From: Candidatus Kapaibacterium sp.
GTDB lineage: Bacteria > Bacteroidota > Ignavibacteria > Kapaibacteriales > UBA2268
Length of the DNA: 38,015 nt
Assembly: GCA_041688685.1 (NCBI GenBank)
Contig: JBDNHS010000379.1
Location: 1 to 38,015, forward strand
Direction: 5' to 3'
Part shown: positions 27,445 to 37,514 of the stretch, one piece after another
How the letters are laid out: each line of letters opens with the position of its first letter
Position numbering within the stretch: the first letter of the stretch is position 1
The notes under the pieces: model-generated
Database searches by the model: none
What the model saw: the letters and a program-made list of their open reading frames with translations, nothing else
What the model was told of the DNA's origin: nothing
Made by a program: the position numbers and the translations under genes

Positions 27445-29589
27445 TTATCTAATTTCTTCTATTTCTTCAATTGGTTGCTGTCTCAAAGAATCCAGATTAG
27501 TTGGTACAATTTCGGTGTTTGTGTAGTCAAAGTTTTTAACTTTATATGGCAACAGTTTGTCATTATAGATTTTACTCATCAACTTTCCCCAAATAGGACC
27601 TGCAACTCTACCACCTTGTCCGTTCAGTCCAATAACATCAAAATTAACTCTTTGGTCATCAAAGCCAACCCAAATACCACAAAGTAATTCAGGAGTATAA
27701 CCGACAAACCAAGCATCTGTATTGTTGTTTGTAGTACCGGTTTTACCAGCTGCAGCAATGTTTTTAAAGTACTTTCTAACTCTTGTCGCTGTACCTCTAT
27801 TTACTACCTGTTCGAGCATATAAGTTGTATTAAGGGCAATTTCTTTATTCAATACATCAGCGACTTTATTTCCAACATTCTTTTTATAAATAATATTATT
27901 TTGTTTGTCTTCAATTTCATTTAAGAAAAATGGCTTTACAGCAAATCCGTCATTTGCAAAGATGGTATACGCAGAAATCAGTTCTAATGGTTTGAATTCT
28001 CCACCAGCACCCAAAGCCAAAGCCGGAACAGCATTAATTTTACTCGCAACACCTGCTTTAATCAAAGTGTTTTTTACCTCTAAAGGCGAAGTAACTTGAG
28101 TAATTAACCTCGCAGCAATTGAATTGACTGATTTTCTTAATCCATCTACCAAACTCATTTTGTAACTTGCGTCTGGGCATTCATTTGTACCTGTACTCGG
28201 TCTCCACACCTCACCTGATTCAGGGTTAGTCCAACTAAATGGACCACAACTAATCATATCTTCTGGTTGCATACCTTGACTAAGTGCCATTGCATAAATA
28301 AATGGCTTTATAGCAGAACCGGGTTGACGTCTGATTTGAGTAACATGATTTAATGAATACTTTGCATCAGGATTTTCTAACATAAATTTTGGAGACGCTC
28401 CAACTAAACTCAATACAGCACCAGTTCTTGGTTCGATAACTACCAAACCAATTTGAATAGTAGTTACAACACTTTTGACCGAATCAACAAATTTTTTATT
28501 ATTTCTTAATCTATCTGCAATATCTTTTTTGTGTTCTTTTGATGCAAAAATATATTGAGGATTTTTCCTAATAGCATCACTTATTACTTTCTTTAATAAA
28601 TCTTTATTTTTATTCCAGCTAAACGCTCTGTCAAATAACTTTTGATATTCCAAAAGATGCTCTTCGACTGCTTCATTAGCATATTTTTGAATTTTTGAAT
28701 TTAAAGAAGTTTTGATTATCAAACCATCTTTGTATAAATCATACTTATTTAAATTATCATCATCTCTTACGTGTTGCCTAATATACTCTACAAAATGCGG
28801 TGCAATATCATCAATATTGTTTTTGCCTTTGCCTCTTATACTTAAGATAGGTTCTTCGATATATTCATAATATTCGTCTTCTGTTAGATTTTTATTTGAT
28901 AACATCAAACTCAATACTAAATTTCTTCTACGAATTGCTCTCTGCTCGTCCACTCTGACATCATAAAAAGAAGGTGCTTTGAGTAATCCAACCAAATAAG
29001 CAGACTCGGAAGTAGTTAGATTTTTTGGTTTTTTATTAAAATAAGTCTTTGCTGCAACATTAATACCATAAGCACCTCTACCAAATGCTACAGTATTACA
29101 ATACATCTCGAGGATTTCATCTTTTGTGTAAATGTTTTCGATTTGTATAGCAACTTGGGCTTCTCTTATTTTACGTCCCAAATTAATTGATTGATCCAAA
29201 AACAAGTTACGTGCTAATTGTTGTGTAATGGTAGATGCACCTTCTTTGGTACGTCCCGCCAACACATTTTTGATCATTGCTTTGATAATTCTATCTACAT
29301 CTAATCCCCAATGTCTGTAGAATTTTTTATCTTCGGTCGAAATCAATGCTTTTATAAAATCTTTGGGAATTTCATTAAGTGGTAAATTTACTCTTCTTTC
29401 AATAAAGAAATGGTCTAAAATCTCTCCATCTTCGCTAAATATTTGTGTAGCGAGGGATTGTGGTGGATTCTCTAATTGTTCTAATGAAGGTATTCCCGAT
29501 GAAGTAATAAAATATACTCCAAATGAAACAGTACCAGCAAAAATCAATGTAGATGCAATTAAAATTAAAAGTATTCTATTGTTAGACAT
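27445..29589 (-). CDS. mrcA: Class A penicillin-binding protein (PBP1A family; GT51 transglycosylase + transpeptidase)
   Basis: 714 aa with an N-terminal TM anchor. GT51 motifs EDKKFYRHWG, GASTITQQLARN and RKIREA. Transpeptidase motifs SAIKPF (SxxK), SVN and KTGTT. Confidence 0.9.
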   Translation of the reverse strand: MSNNRILLILIASTLIFAGTVSFGVYFITSSGIPSLEQLENPPQSLATQIFSEDGEILDHFFIERRVNLPLNEIPKDFIKALISTEDKKFYRHWGLDVDRIIKAMIKNVLAGRTKEGASTITQQLARNLFLDQSINLGRKIREAQVAIQIENIYTKDEILEMYCNTVAFGRGAYGINVAAKTYFNKKPKNLTTSESAYLVGLLKAPSFYDVRVDEQRAIRRRNLVLSLMLSNKNLTEDEYYEYIEEPILSIRGKGKNNIDDIAPHFVEYIRQHVRDDDNLNKYDLYKDGLIIKTSLNSKIQKYANEAVEEHLLEYQKLFDRAFSWNKNKDLLKKVISDAIRKNPQYIFASKEHKKDIADRLRNNKKFVDSVKSVVTTIQIGLVVIEPRTGAVLSLVGASPKFMLENPDAKYSLNHVTQIRRQPGSAIKPFIYAMALSQGMQPEDMISCGPFSWTNPESGEVWRPSTGTNECPDASYKMSLVDGLRKSVNSIAARLITQVTSPLEVKNTLIKAGVASKINAVPALALGAGGEFKPLELISAYTIFANDGFAVKPFFLNEIEDKQNNIIYKKNVGNKVADVLNKEIALNTTYMLEQVVNRGTATRVRKYFKNIAAAGKTGTTNNNTDAWFVGYTPELLCGIWVGFDDQRVNFDVIGLNGQGGRVAGPIWGKLMSKIYNDKLLPYKVKNFDYTNTEIVPTNLDSLRQQPIEEIEEIR

Positions 29590-29721
29590 TAATTAAAATT
29601 TTGATTTCAGATAATTTGATATATTTAATTATACGTTTAATTGTATTTAGACGTTTTTTGATTGAATATTAATCTAAATAAATTATTATTTATTAATAAT
29701 TTTTGATTTATATTCATTAAG

Positions 29722-31890
29722 TTATATTTTTTTCTCAAAAGTAACTCTTCTTAGTCTTTTGCGATAAATGTCAAGACTTTCATCTTTTTTCTTTGGCAAT
29801 AAGTTTGACTTACCCTTTGATTTGACAACTATTTTATTAGAATCAACTCCTCTTTTGATTAACTCATCTGAGACAAATTTTGCTCTATTCAAGCCCAAAG
29901 TACTATTGTATTCAACTCCGGCGATATCATCGGTATGTCCTATGATTTCCAAAAACTTGATTTTGTCAATTGTACTTATAACATCTTGAGCCAACAAATC
30001 GAGTGTATGTTCCCAAGTTTCGTCAGTTTCTATTCCATTAGAATCAAGGGTGAATTGATATGGCTCTTTGAATTCGTCATAAGGGAAATTTATTCTTAAA
30101 GTAAGTTTTTCTGGTAATTTAAAGTCGATTTTAATTGTTTTGGTTGTGCCACCAGTGTCAATTTTCAGAGTGTATTTATCATAAAATTTACTTTCCTTTT
30201 GTGCAATAATATCTATTTGTTCGCCTTTTGGTATTTCTAAAAAATAGTCGCCGTTTTTGTCTGAAACAGTTTCAGAATACTTTTCTCCATTTTTTACAAA
30301 TTGCGAAATAACACTTGCACCTTCGATTGGCTTAGCATCTTCTTGACTTCTTACTTTACCTTCTATATTTATTGTTTCAATGACTTTTTCAATCTTTGGC
30401 GTTTGCTTTAAGTCTTTTATATTTGTAATATTTATATTGTTTTCAGCTTCGATTGTAGGTAATTGTAGAGCTTGCTCTAAAACAATATGAGAATTAATTT
30501 CGAATTCATCTTTTAATGGTTTGGAATTTTCGGCTAATATTTTATTTGTGTAGATTTTTTCTTTGACATAAATATCAAAGCCATTTTTGGCATTTTGATT
30601 TGATGAATAATACAAAACCGAGTCTATCTGATTTGGAGCAGTAGGGAATATCTCATCAAACTTAGTATTAATTGGTTTACCCATATTTTTACTTGGCTGG
30701 AATAAACTTTTGATATTTGACGCAATATAATTCTGGTCAATTTCGCCAGATTTATCAAAATTTGTAATAATATTATTTAAGACATTATTATCAATTATGG
30801 ATTCAAATAAATCATATCCACCAACACTTTCGCCACCCATTGATGAGAACAAAAGTTTGCTTCCATCTTTTGTTGCATAAGGTGAAATATCATCACAATC
30901 TGTGTTGATATTTGTGCCACAGTTAATTGGTTTAGACCATTTATTTTGTTTGTCTTTAATTATAAAATAAATCTCACAACCTTTGAAATTAGTTTCTTTT
31001 TGTGAAAAATTGAAATAATTAGAAGTAAAAAATAATACTCTATTATTAGGGTGTAAATTAGGATGAGAAACAAATAAATTCACATCAGTTGTATCTTTCC
31101 CTTCATAAAAATCTATAATCTTATTATTTTTCGCCCAATTTTCTTGTTGATAAAGGTTAGATACTTTTTCATTAATTGTTTCAAATATATCGTTAGAATT
31201 TGTATTAGAATTGCTTGTTATTTCGATTATATCAGATAAACCGATGGTATTTTCAATTTCTTGATAATTCAATTTATTTTTGGGGAAAGTAGAAAAAGCC
31301 AAATATATATTCAAAGAATTAGAATTATTATTATTATTAGTAATATTATTAGAATTAGTATTTATAAGACCGAAATGAGAATTAATTTCATTCTGTGGAA
31401 AATAGATATCCTCTATTACAGGGTTTGAAGCAGATGCAAATCTTATTTTTTTGTTTTTTTGAATATTTTGATTAACAAATTTATCATTTTCTATTTTTTG
31501 TTCATAAGTCAAATAAGCATACTTATCTAAATTTCTATTATTATAGTTATTTCCAAAATTGGTAATTGCAAATTCATTGTTTTCTGAATTTATATTCTCA
31601 ACAGCAGAAATTTTGTAATAATAACCATTGACCTTAGATGAACTATAACTTGTATCTAATTCTTGTCCTTTCCATTCATTTTGATTACAATTTTGGATTG
31701 GAACAATACAATTCAAATCTTTTGGTTTTGAATAATTGACAGCACAAGAAGTTACCAAAAAGATATTCAAAACAATTAATATAATTATAGATTTGAATTG
31801 ATATTTGAATCTGAATTTATTTTGATTTGAATTATTAGACTTAACTTTTAATTTCTTTAAATAATTTGGCATTTGTAGTTGTAAATTCAA
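29722..31890 (-). CDS. OmpA-family lipoprotein with TolB/PD40-like repeats, a CarboxypepD_reg-like domain and a C-terminal OmpA peptidoglycan-binding domain
   Basis: 722 aa. Lipobox LVTSC. PD40-like segment ISPYATKDGSKLLFSSMGGESVGGYDLFES. IEGKVRSQEDAKPIEGASV...DKNGDYFLEIPKG. C-terminal GHTDDIAGVEYNSTLGLNRAKFV. The alternative start is M7 (31872). Confidence 0.75.
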   Translation of the reverse strand: MNLQLQMPNYLKKLKVKSNNSNQNKFRFKYQFKSIIILIVLNIFLVTSCAVNYSKPKDLNCIVPIQNCNQNEWKGQELDTSYSSSKVNGYYYKISAVENINSENNEFAITNFGNNYNNRNLDKYAYLTYEQKIENDKFVNQNIQKNKKIRFASASNPVIEDIYFPQNEINSHFGLINTNSNNITNNNNNSNSLNIYLAFSTFPKNKLNYQEIENTIGLSDIIEITSNSNTNSNDIFETINEKVSNLYQQENWAKNNKIIDFYEGKDTTDVNLFVSHPNLHPNNRVLFFTSNYFNFSQKETNFKGCEIYFIIKDKQNKWSKPINCGTNINTDCDDISPYATKDGSKLLFSSMGGESVGGYDLFESIIDNNVLNNIITNFDKSGEIDQNYIASNIKSLFQPSKNMGKPINTKFDEIFPTAPNQIDSVLYYSSNQNAKNGFDIYVKEKIYTNKILAENSKPLKDEFEINSHIVLEQALQLPTIEAENNINITNIKDLKQTPKIEKVIETINIEGKVRSQEDAKPIEGASVISQFVKNGEKYSETVSDKNGDYFLEIPKGEQIDIIAQKESKFYDKYTLKIDTGGTTKTIKIDFKLPEKLTLRINFPYDEFKEPYQFTLDSNGIETDETWEHTLDLLAQDVISTIDKIKFLEIIGHTDDIAGVEYNSTLGLNRAKFVSDELIKRGVDSNKIVVKSKGKSNLLPKKKDESLDIYRKRLRRVTFEKKI

Positions 31891-31981
31891 TTTATTGACT
31901 TTGTATGTAAATTAATAATTACAAATTTACAAAACAATAATTTATTTAAAAATAATTATTAACTATAAAATAAAAAATCAG

Positions 31982-32014
31982 AATAAAAGTAAAATAAAAG
32001 TAAAATAAAAGCAA
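31982..32014. repeat. Tandem repeat, 3 units of 11 bp (AATAAAAGTAA)
   Basis: Units at 31982-31992 and 31993-32003, plus 32004-32014 with one substitution. Confidence 0.9.
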
Positions 32015-32041
32015 ATTTTTCATAAATAAAAAGGATTATTT

Positions 32042-32815
32042 CTACCTAAAATCCCGTTTTAACTTTATAGCTTTGTTCAATTTTTCTTTGAATAATTCTT
32101 CTGGAATTTCTATTGCACCGAGTGTAGATGTGAAGTCATTAATATATTGGGAGTCCAATAAAATAAACTGTTTATCTTTTAATCTTGAAATTAACTCAAA
32201 GAAAGCAAATTTGGAAGCAGAAGTAGTTTGGCTGTACATTGATTCGCCAAAGAATGCTCCGCCAATGGTTAATCCGTACAATCCACCAACTAATTCACCG
32301 TTTGAATATGTCTCAACTGATTGAGCGTAACCTAATTTATTCAAATTTATATATGCTTTAATCATTTCTTCTGTAATCCAAGTTTCGTCCCTTTTGGCAC
32401 AATTCCTAATTACCGCTTCAAAATTTTGATTAAAATCGATAGTATAATCGAATTTTTTAATTGTTTGTCTTAATGACCTTGCTGGTGTTTTGTGATTTTC
32501 TAATGGAATTACTGCTCTTGGATTTGGATTATGCCAAGTAATATTATTATAATATTCCTCATACATCGGGAAAAATCCCTTTGAATATGCAATTAAAATA
32601 AATTCTGGTGATAAAAAATTTCCATCATGCTTTTTTAGATATTTTTGTAATATATACTCATCATCTTGATATTTTTGAATTTGAGATTTGGGTAGATTGG
32701 TATTAGAGTTATCTGTAGAATTATGCGTATTAAGTGAATCTAATTCTTTTTTGATAGAATTTAATTCATCTGTAATATTAAAATTAAAACTTTGATTATT
32801 TAGTTCATTATCCAT
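32042..32815 (-). CDS. aat: Leucyl/phenylalanyl-tRNA--protein transferase with a ~60-aa Asn-rich N-terminal extension
   Basis: 257 aa. Core motifs AYSKGFFPM, NPNPRAVIPL and GGLYGLTIGGAFFGESMYS are typical of Aat. Confidence 0.85.
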   Translation of the reverse strand: MDNELNNQSFNFNITDELNSIKKELDSLNTHNSTDNSNTNLPKSQIQKYQDDEYILQKYLKKHDGNFLSPEFILIAYSKGFFPMYEEYYNNITWHNPNPRAVIPLENHKTPARSLRQTIKKFDYTIDFNQNFEAVIRNCAKRDETWITEEMIKAYINLNKLGYAQSVETYSNGELVGGLYGLTIGGAFFGESMYSQTTSASKFAFFELISRLKDKQFILLDSQYINDFTSTLGAIEIPEELFKEKLNKAIKLKRDFR

Positions 32816-32836
32816 AAATATCTAAGATTATTTACA

Positions 32837-32896
32837 TTCTTTACAATTTTACTTTACAATTTACTTTACAATTTACTTTACAATTTACTTTGCAAT
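32837..32896. repeat. Tandem repeat, about 5 units of 12 bp (TTACTTTACAAT), overlapping the stop codon of the 32885 CDS
   Basis: Perfect units at 32849-32860, 32861-32872 and 32873-32884. The variant unit 32885-32896 (TTACTTTGCAAT) is the last 3 codons plus the stop of the CDS. A degenerate unit lies at 32837-32848. Confidence 0.95.
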
Positions 32897-34324
32897 TATC
32901 ATAAATACAGTCCGACGGTTTTTCGCTCTGCCTTCTTCTGTATTATTATTAGCAACGGGTAAACTCATACCAAATCCTCTTGCACGGAGTCTTTTGGGTT
33001 CTATTCCTCTACTAATCAGAGCATCAACAACAGCATTTGCTCTTTTATCAGATAATGTTTGATTCGCTGTTTCTGGTCCCACATTATCTGTATGACCCTG
33101 CACTTCTATTCTAATTGTAGGTTTACTCATCATTGCATCGGTGATTTCGTCTAATATATAAAACGACTCTTCTTTGACTGAATCTTTATTAAAATCAAAT
33201 AATATAGGTCGTTCAAATGCAGAAGATAAGTCTGACCAAGGGAATAAATCACTTGTGTCATACTCGCCATTTGCTATCAACTTAGGTAATTTATCTTTTC
33301 TATTTGGAATTTCGACTAATGAACTAACTCTATGAACACCCCAATATTTTGGTGGTGTATAGCTAATTTGATAAAAATATCTCAACGACATATAAATATC
33401 ACGGAATATATCCAACATCTCTTTTTTACTTTTTGCTTTATAGAATTTTCCGCCAGTATATTTTGCCATATATCGCAAATTCTCATCTATCGAATATCCA
33501 AACGCAACAGCAAAAATTGATACATTCAGATTTTGTGCTCTTTGTATAACATCGCCAATTTGTTTTTTGGAATAATTATCATCTCCATCAGAAAATATTA
33601 CCATAACCCTTTGAACATTGGAGTCTAAGCTATTAAGTTGTGTGAGCGTATTCCATACTCCATCATTGAGAGCCGAAAACAATCCCAATCCTTCATTTTT
33701 ATTAGCTTTTAATTTAGAAATAATTAAGTTTGTGTCTGTGCTAAATGGTGACTTAATATCAAATTTATTATTAAATGAAAATACCCCAATATTATCGGCT
33801 GGATACTTCATACCAACAAAAATCTCTGAACCTTCTATCAATACATCTTTTGTCAAATCCATCGAGCCACTATAATCCATAAGTAAAGCAATGTTAAACG
33901 GAATTGAGTCCAATGCTCCAAATTCTCTAACGTTATATTTCTCTATATTGACATCTCTTTTTTTGTAAACAAGTCCCAAACTTTCATCAAGTTTGGTGAA
34001 ATAATTGTGATTAATTTTGGCGTAGGGTTGTGCCATATTTGTAATAAAATTCCCGAGTGAGTCAAAAACTCTTGTATTTAACTTTATGCTATCTGGGTAT
34101 TTTTTGTAATTTAATCTAAATAAATCATATACAATCAAATTTGGATTGGCACTATCAATACTTTTGGTACCAGTAATGAAGATTGGTTTGGGATTAGTAT
34201 CGAGACTTTCGATTATTTCATTTTGTTGCAGTTCAAACCCACTGGGTCTTTTGGTAGTAGAGCAACCAAAAATAGCCATAATTACCAAAAAAACTAAGAA
34301 ATTATTTTTATTCAAACCTAACAT
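32885..34324 (-). CDS. vWA-domain / OmpA-domain lipoprotein
   Basis: 479 aa. Lipobox AIFGCS. vWA MIDAS motif LLMDYSGSMD and later VMVIFSDGDDN. C-terminal OmpA-like VQGHTDNVGPETANQTLSDKRANAV...NRRTVF. Confidence 0.8.
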   Translation of the reverse strand: MLGLNKNNFLVFLVIMAIFGCSTTKRPSGFELQQNEIIESLDTNPKPIFITGTKSIDSANPNLIVYDLFRLNYKKYPDSIKLNTRVFDSLGNFITNMAQPYAKINHNYFTKLDESLGLVYKKRDVNIEKYNVREFGALDSIPFNIALLMDYSGSMDLTKDVLIEGSEIFVGMKYPADNIGVFSFNNKFDIKSPFSTDTNLIISKLKANKNEGLGLFSALNDGVWNTLTQLNSLDSNVQRVMVIFSDGDDNYSKKQIGDVIQRAQNLNVSIFAVAFGYSIDENLRYMAKYTGGKFYKAKSKKEMLDIFRDIYMSLRYFYQISYTPPKYWGVHRVSSLVEIPNRKDKLPKLIANGEYDTSDLFPWSDLSSAFERPILFDFNKDSVKEESFYILDEITDAMMSKPTIRIEVQGHTDNVGPETANQTLSDKRANAVVDALISRGIEPKRLRARGFGMSLPVANNNTEEGRAKNRRTVFMIIAK

Positions 34325-34638
34325 AAATATTCAATTTAGTGAAAGCCAAAACCTATTTATTAACATATTAAATTTCTTAGACGGAATTTAATAACTTTTA
34401 TTCAAAATAAAATATTTTCCTATTTTTTTCTCTTCCCAATCTCGAAGAGGTAGAATATTAATAATAAAATGACAACCTTTTAGAAATCTTACGGCACCTT
34501 TGAAGCCGAATGAAAAACAGAAAGGAGAGAACACATTTCCTAATATGATATTACCACTAAGTGGTTCAAGAAAGCACTACATTCTTTACTTTCTTATTAA
34601 CCTTTTACAATTAACAAATTACCATTATTCTCTCAATT

Positions 34639-35550
34639 CTACTTAACCAATACAAAATCACGGTACTCGCCAATTCTATAGCCAGTTATCTTTTCTATTT
34701 TGTCTGTGATTTTATGTCTCAATGGCTTTTTGCGTAGTTTTGTTGCATCAAAATACTGTGTCCAATTTTTGTCCGTAATTATTTTATTTTGCATTAATTT
34801 TGGGTGCGTTTCTTTAAAATTCTCTAATTCAAATGCGTTGTCATAATTAAAATTTAGCTTTTCTGTGTTAGAATTATCCAAAGTATTTTTCAAATTAAAA
34901 TTATCTTTATGATAATAATTATTGGCATTTGCAATTTTCAGACCCTGTGCTTTTGGAGGTCTCACCCAACCATAATGGAATATATCAGCGTCAATTTGTT
35001 TGGCTTTTAATTTCTCTATTTGTTCCTTACCATCTATATTTACAACTTTTCTAAATCCCTGTGCATCTCCCCAAGAAGTAATATTGTTTTTGTTCCGAAT
35101 AACCCTAATTTCCCTTTTATACCACTGCCTTCCAACTCCCAAATAATCATAAGAGCCATAAAAATGTTTATAATTAAATAGTAGGGCATCTATTTTGTCA
35201 TTTTCGTACTCAGAGATAAACCTTTTACTAATTTCTGCATAGTCTTTTTCGTGTATCACCTCGTCGGCTTGGAGATACAAACACCAATCCCCAGTACATT
35301 GCTCAAACGCTAAGTTTGTTTGCTCAGAGTAAATTCTGCCATCTTTGTTATTGTTCAAATCCCATTCTGTTTCAATAATTTTAATTTTACTTTCATTCAA
35401 AGATTTAATCGTCTCCAAAGTATCATCATCTGATTTCCCAACAGCAATGATAATCTCATCACAGAGCGGCAACATCGATAAAATACTTTCTTTCATTGGA
35501 TAAGCGAAAATATTACCATTCCTAACAAAACTAAATCCGGAAACTTTCAT
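34639..35550 (-). CDS. Glycosyltransferase family 2-like protein
   Basis: 303 aa. N-terminal FSFVRNGNIFAYPMKESILSMLPLCDEIIIAVGKSDDDT and a later YLQADE acidic motif, resembling the small GT2 enzymes common in Bacteroidota. Confidence 0.7.
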   Translation of the reverse strand: MKVSGFSFVRNGNIFAYPMKESILSMLPLCDEIIIAVGKSDDDTLETIKSLNESKIKIIETEWDLNNNKDGRIYSEQTNLAFEQCTGDWCLYLQADEVIHEKDYAEISKRFISEYENDKIDALLFNYKHFYGSYDYLGVGRQWYKREIRVIRNKNNITSWGDAQGFRKVVNIDGKEQIEKLKAKQIDADIFHYGWVRPPKAQGLKIANANNYYHKDNFNLKNTLDNSNTEKLNFNYDNAFELENFKETHPKLMQNKIITDKNWTQYFDATKLRKKPLRHKITDKIEKITGYRIGEYRDFVLVK

Positions 35551-35675
35551 ACTCTTATTTTTAATACTATATTTTAAATTTGATTTTACAAAATTACAAT
35601 TTTATGTTAAATTGAAATAATTATAAAGGTATATTTATATTTTAAATTTAAAATTTGTAAAACTGTATACAAAAA

Positions 35676-37121
35676 ATGAATAAAGAAAGCTCACTTTTGC
35701 CAAAATTAGGATTATTTACAACTGTATCAATTGTTGTTGGTGCGGTAATTGGCTCTGGAATATTCAAAAAACCTGCATTAATGGCTTCTCAACTTGGTTC
35801 TCCCGAGTTGTTGATATTTGTCTGGGTTTTGGCAGGCGTAATTACGCTTTTTGGTGCATTAAGCAACGCCGAAGTGGCTGGTATGATATCGGAAACTGGA
35901 GGGCAGTATGTCTTTTTTGAAAAAATGTATGGTAAGTTTTTTGCTTTTTTATATGGCTGGGCAATTTTCGCAGTAATTCAGACCGGCTCCATCGCATCAA
36001 TTACTTATATTTTTGGAGAATATAGTCAATATTTTTATCTTTTTCGGATAGATAATTTTATCCCAATAGAATATGTAGATTTTTATTTCTATATACCATT
36101 ATTGGGCAAAATATATCCATTGCACGATATTGGTGTCAAACTTGTAACAATATCAGTAATATTATTTCTTAGTATTGTCAATTATATCGGAGTTGTGTTT
36201 GGTGGAATTGTAGCAAATATATTTACTTGGATGAAAATATTAGCAATACTTTTGTTAGTTTACTTTGGGTTTATGTATTCTGGGGGAAGTGTCTCAAATT
36301 TTACCACTGATGCCTCTACAACAACTTATGGCAGTATCGGCTCAATGGCAGGATTTATAGCTGCTTTGTCTGGTGCATTCTGGGCTTATGATGGCTGGAA
36401 TAATATTACCTATATCGCCGGTGAGGTCAAAAATTCACAAAAAAATATTCCATTAGCTCTGACTATTGGAGCATTGATAATATTAGGGATTTATATATTA
36501 ATTAACTTAGCATACATCTATGTATTACCTGTCGAAGAAATGTCAAAATCCACTCTTGTGGCTGCCGATGTGGCTTTGAGGTCAATTGGTCCAATTGGTG
36601 CTGGTTTGGTTTCTGCCGCCGTAATGATTTCTACCTTCGGTACTTCCAATGGTACTATAATGGTGAGTGCAAGAGTGTATTATGCAATGTCAAAAAACAA
36701 CTTATTTTTTAAATCAATTGGTGAAGTCCACCCACGATTTCTAACTCCAGCAAACGCATTGATTTTACAAGCAGTTTGGACTTGTGTATTAGTAATTTCT
36801 GGTACTTTTGATATTTTGACAGATATGTTGATTTTTGTAAGTTGGATTTTTTATGCTGCTGGAGCTTATGGCTTATTTGTTTTGAGAAAAAAGATGCCAG
36901 ATGTTGCACGCCCATACAAAGTTTGGGGTTACCCTTATGTTCCAGCAATTTTTGTGATATTCGCCACATTATTCGTTATTTTGACAATTTATTCAGATAT
37001 AGTTAATTATATCGAAGGCAAAACAGAAATTATCAATTCAATTTTTGGTATATTCTTAGTACTTTTAGGTATCCCTTTTTATTTTTATTTCAAGAACAAG
37101 CACAAATCCTTAGCAAATTAG
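35676..37121 (+). CDS. APC-superfamily amino acid permease
   Basis: 481 aa with about 12 TM segments. N-terminal signature [23 protein letters not shown] motif typical of the LAT/APC subfamily. Confidence 0.85.
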   Translation: MNKESSLLPKLGLFTTVSIVVGAVIGSGIFKKPALMASQLGSPELLIFVWVLAGVITLFGALSNAEVAGMISETGGQYVFFEKMYGKFFAFLYGWAIFAVIQTGSIASITYIFGEYSQYFYLFRIDNFIPIEYVDFYFYIPLLGKIYPLHDIGVKLVTISVILFLSIVNYIGVVFGGIVANIFTWMKILAILLLVYFGFMYSGGSVSNFTTDASTTTYGSIGSMAGFIAALSGAFWAYDGWNNITYIAGEVKNSQKNIPLALTIGALIILGIYILINLAYIYVLPVEEMSKSTLVAADVALRSIGPIGAGLVSAAVMISTFGTSNGTIMVSARVYYAMSKNNLFFKSIGEVHPRFLTPANALILQAVWTCVLVISGTFDILTDMLIFVSWIFYAAGAYGLFVLRKKMPDVARPYKVWGYPYVPAIFVIFATLFVILTIYSDIVNYIEGKTEIINSIFGIFLVLLGIPFYFYFKNKHKSLAN

Positions 37122-37441
37122 TAGCAGCAGGTAAAAATGAAAAAATAGATTTATTTTTTAATATTCTTATAAATGATAATCTTATATTATAAAAATGTTA
37201 TTTAATACATCCTAAAACCTAATCCCTGTAACAGGTGCTTTAATATTAAAATCACCAATATTTCAGAATATTAAATTTAGACTCAAATTAAATTAAATAC
37301 AGCTATCCCAAAACGAATTCGCTAAATATAATTTAATAAAGAGATTTGTACTTTGGCGTATCTTTAACTCTCTTCTAAACAATCAAAAATTCCTATTAAT
37401 CCTTCGTAAATCAATTTTCAAGACAAATTAATGCTAAAAAC

Positions 37442-37473
37442 AAAAAAAAAGGACAAGTCAAACGACCTGTCCT
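37442..37473 (-). terminator. Rho-independent terminator of speA
   Basis: Stem AGGACAAGTC/GACCTGTCCT (37450-37459 / 37464-37473, 9 of 10 pairs) with loop AAAC. On the minus strand it is followed by a T-run (plus-strand A-run 37442-37449). It lies 42 nt after the stop. Confidence 0.65.
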
Positions 37474-37514
37474 TGTGAAATATATAATTATGTGTTGGTA
37501 TTGAGTTTACTTAC

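Noticed and set aside
34556-34580. GTGGTTCAAGAAAGCAC resembles a tRNA T-arm (GGTTCAAG).
   Set aside because: The flanking bases do not form a 5-bp T stem, and no acceptor, D or anticodon arms can be drawn around it.
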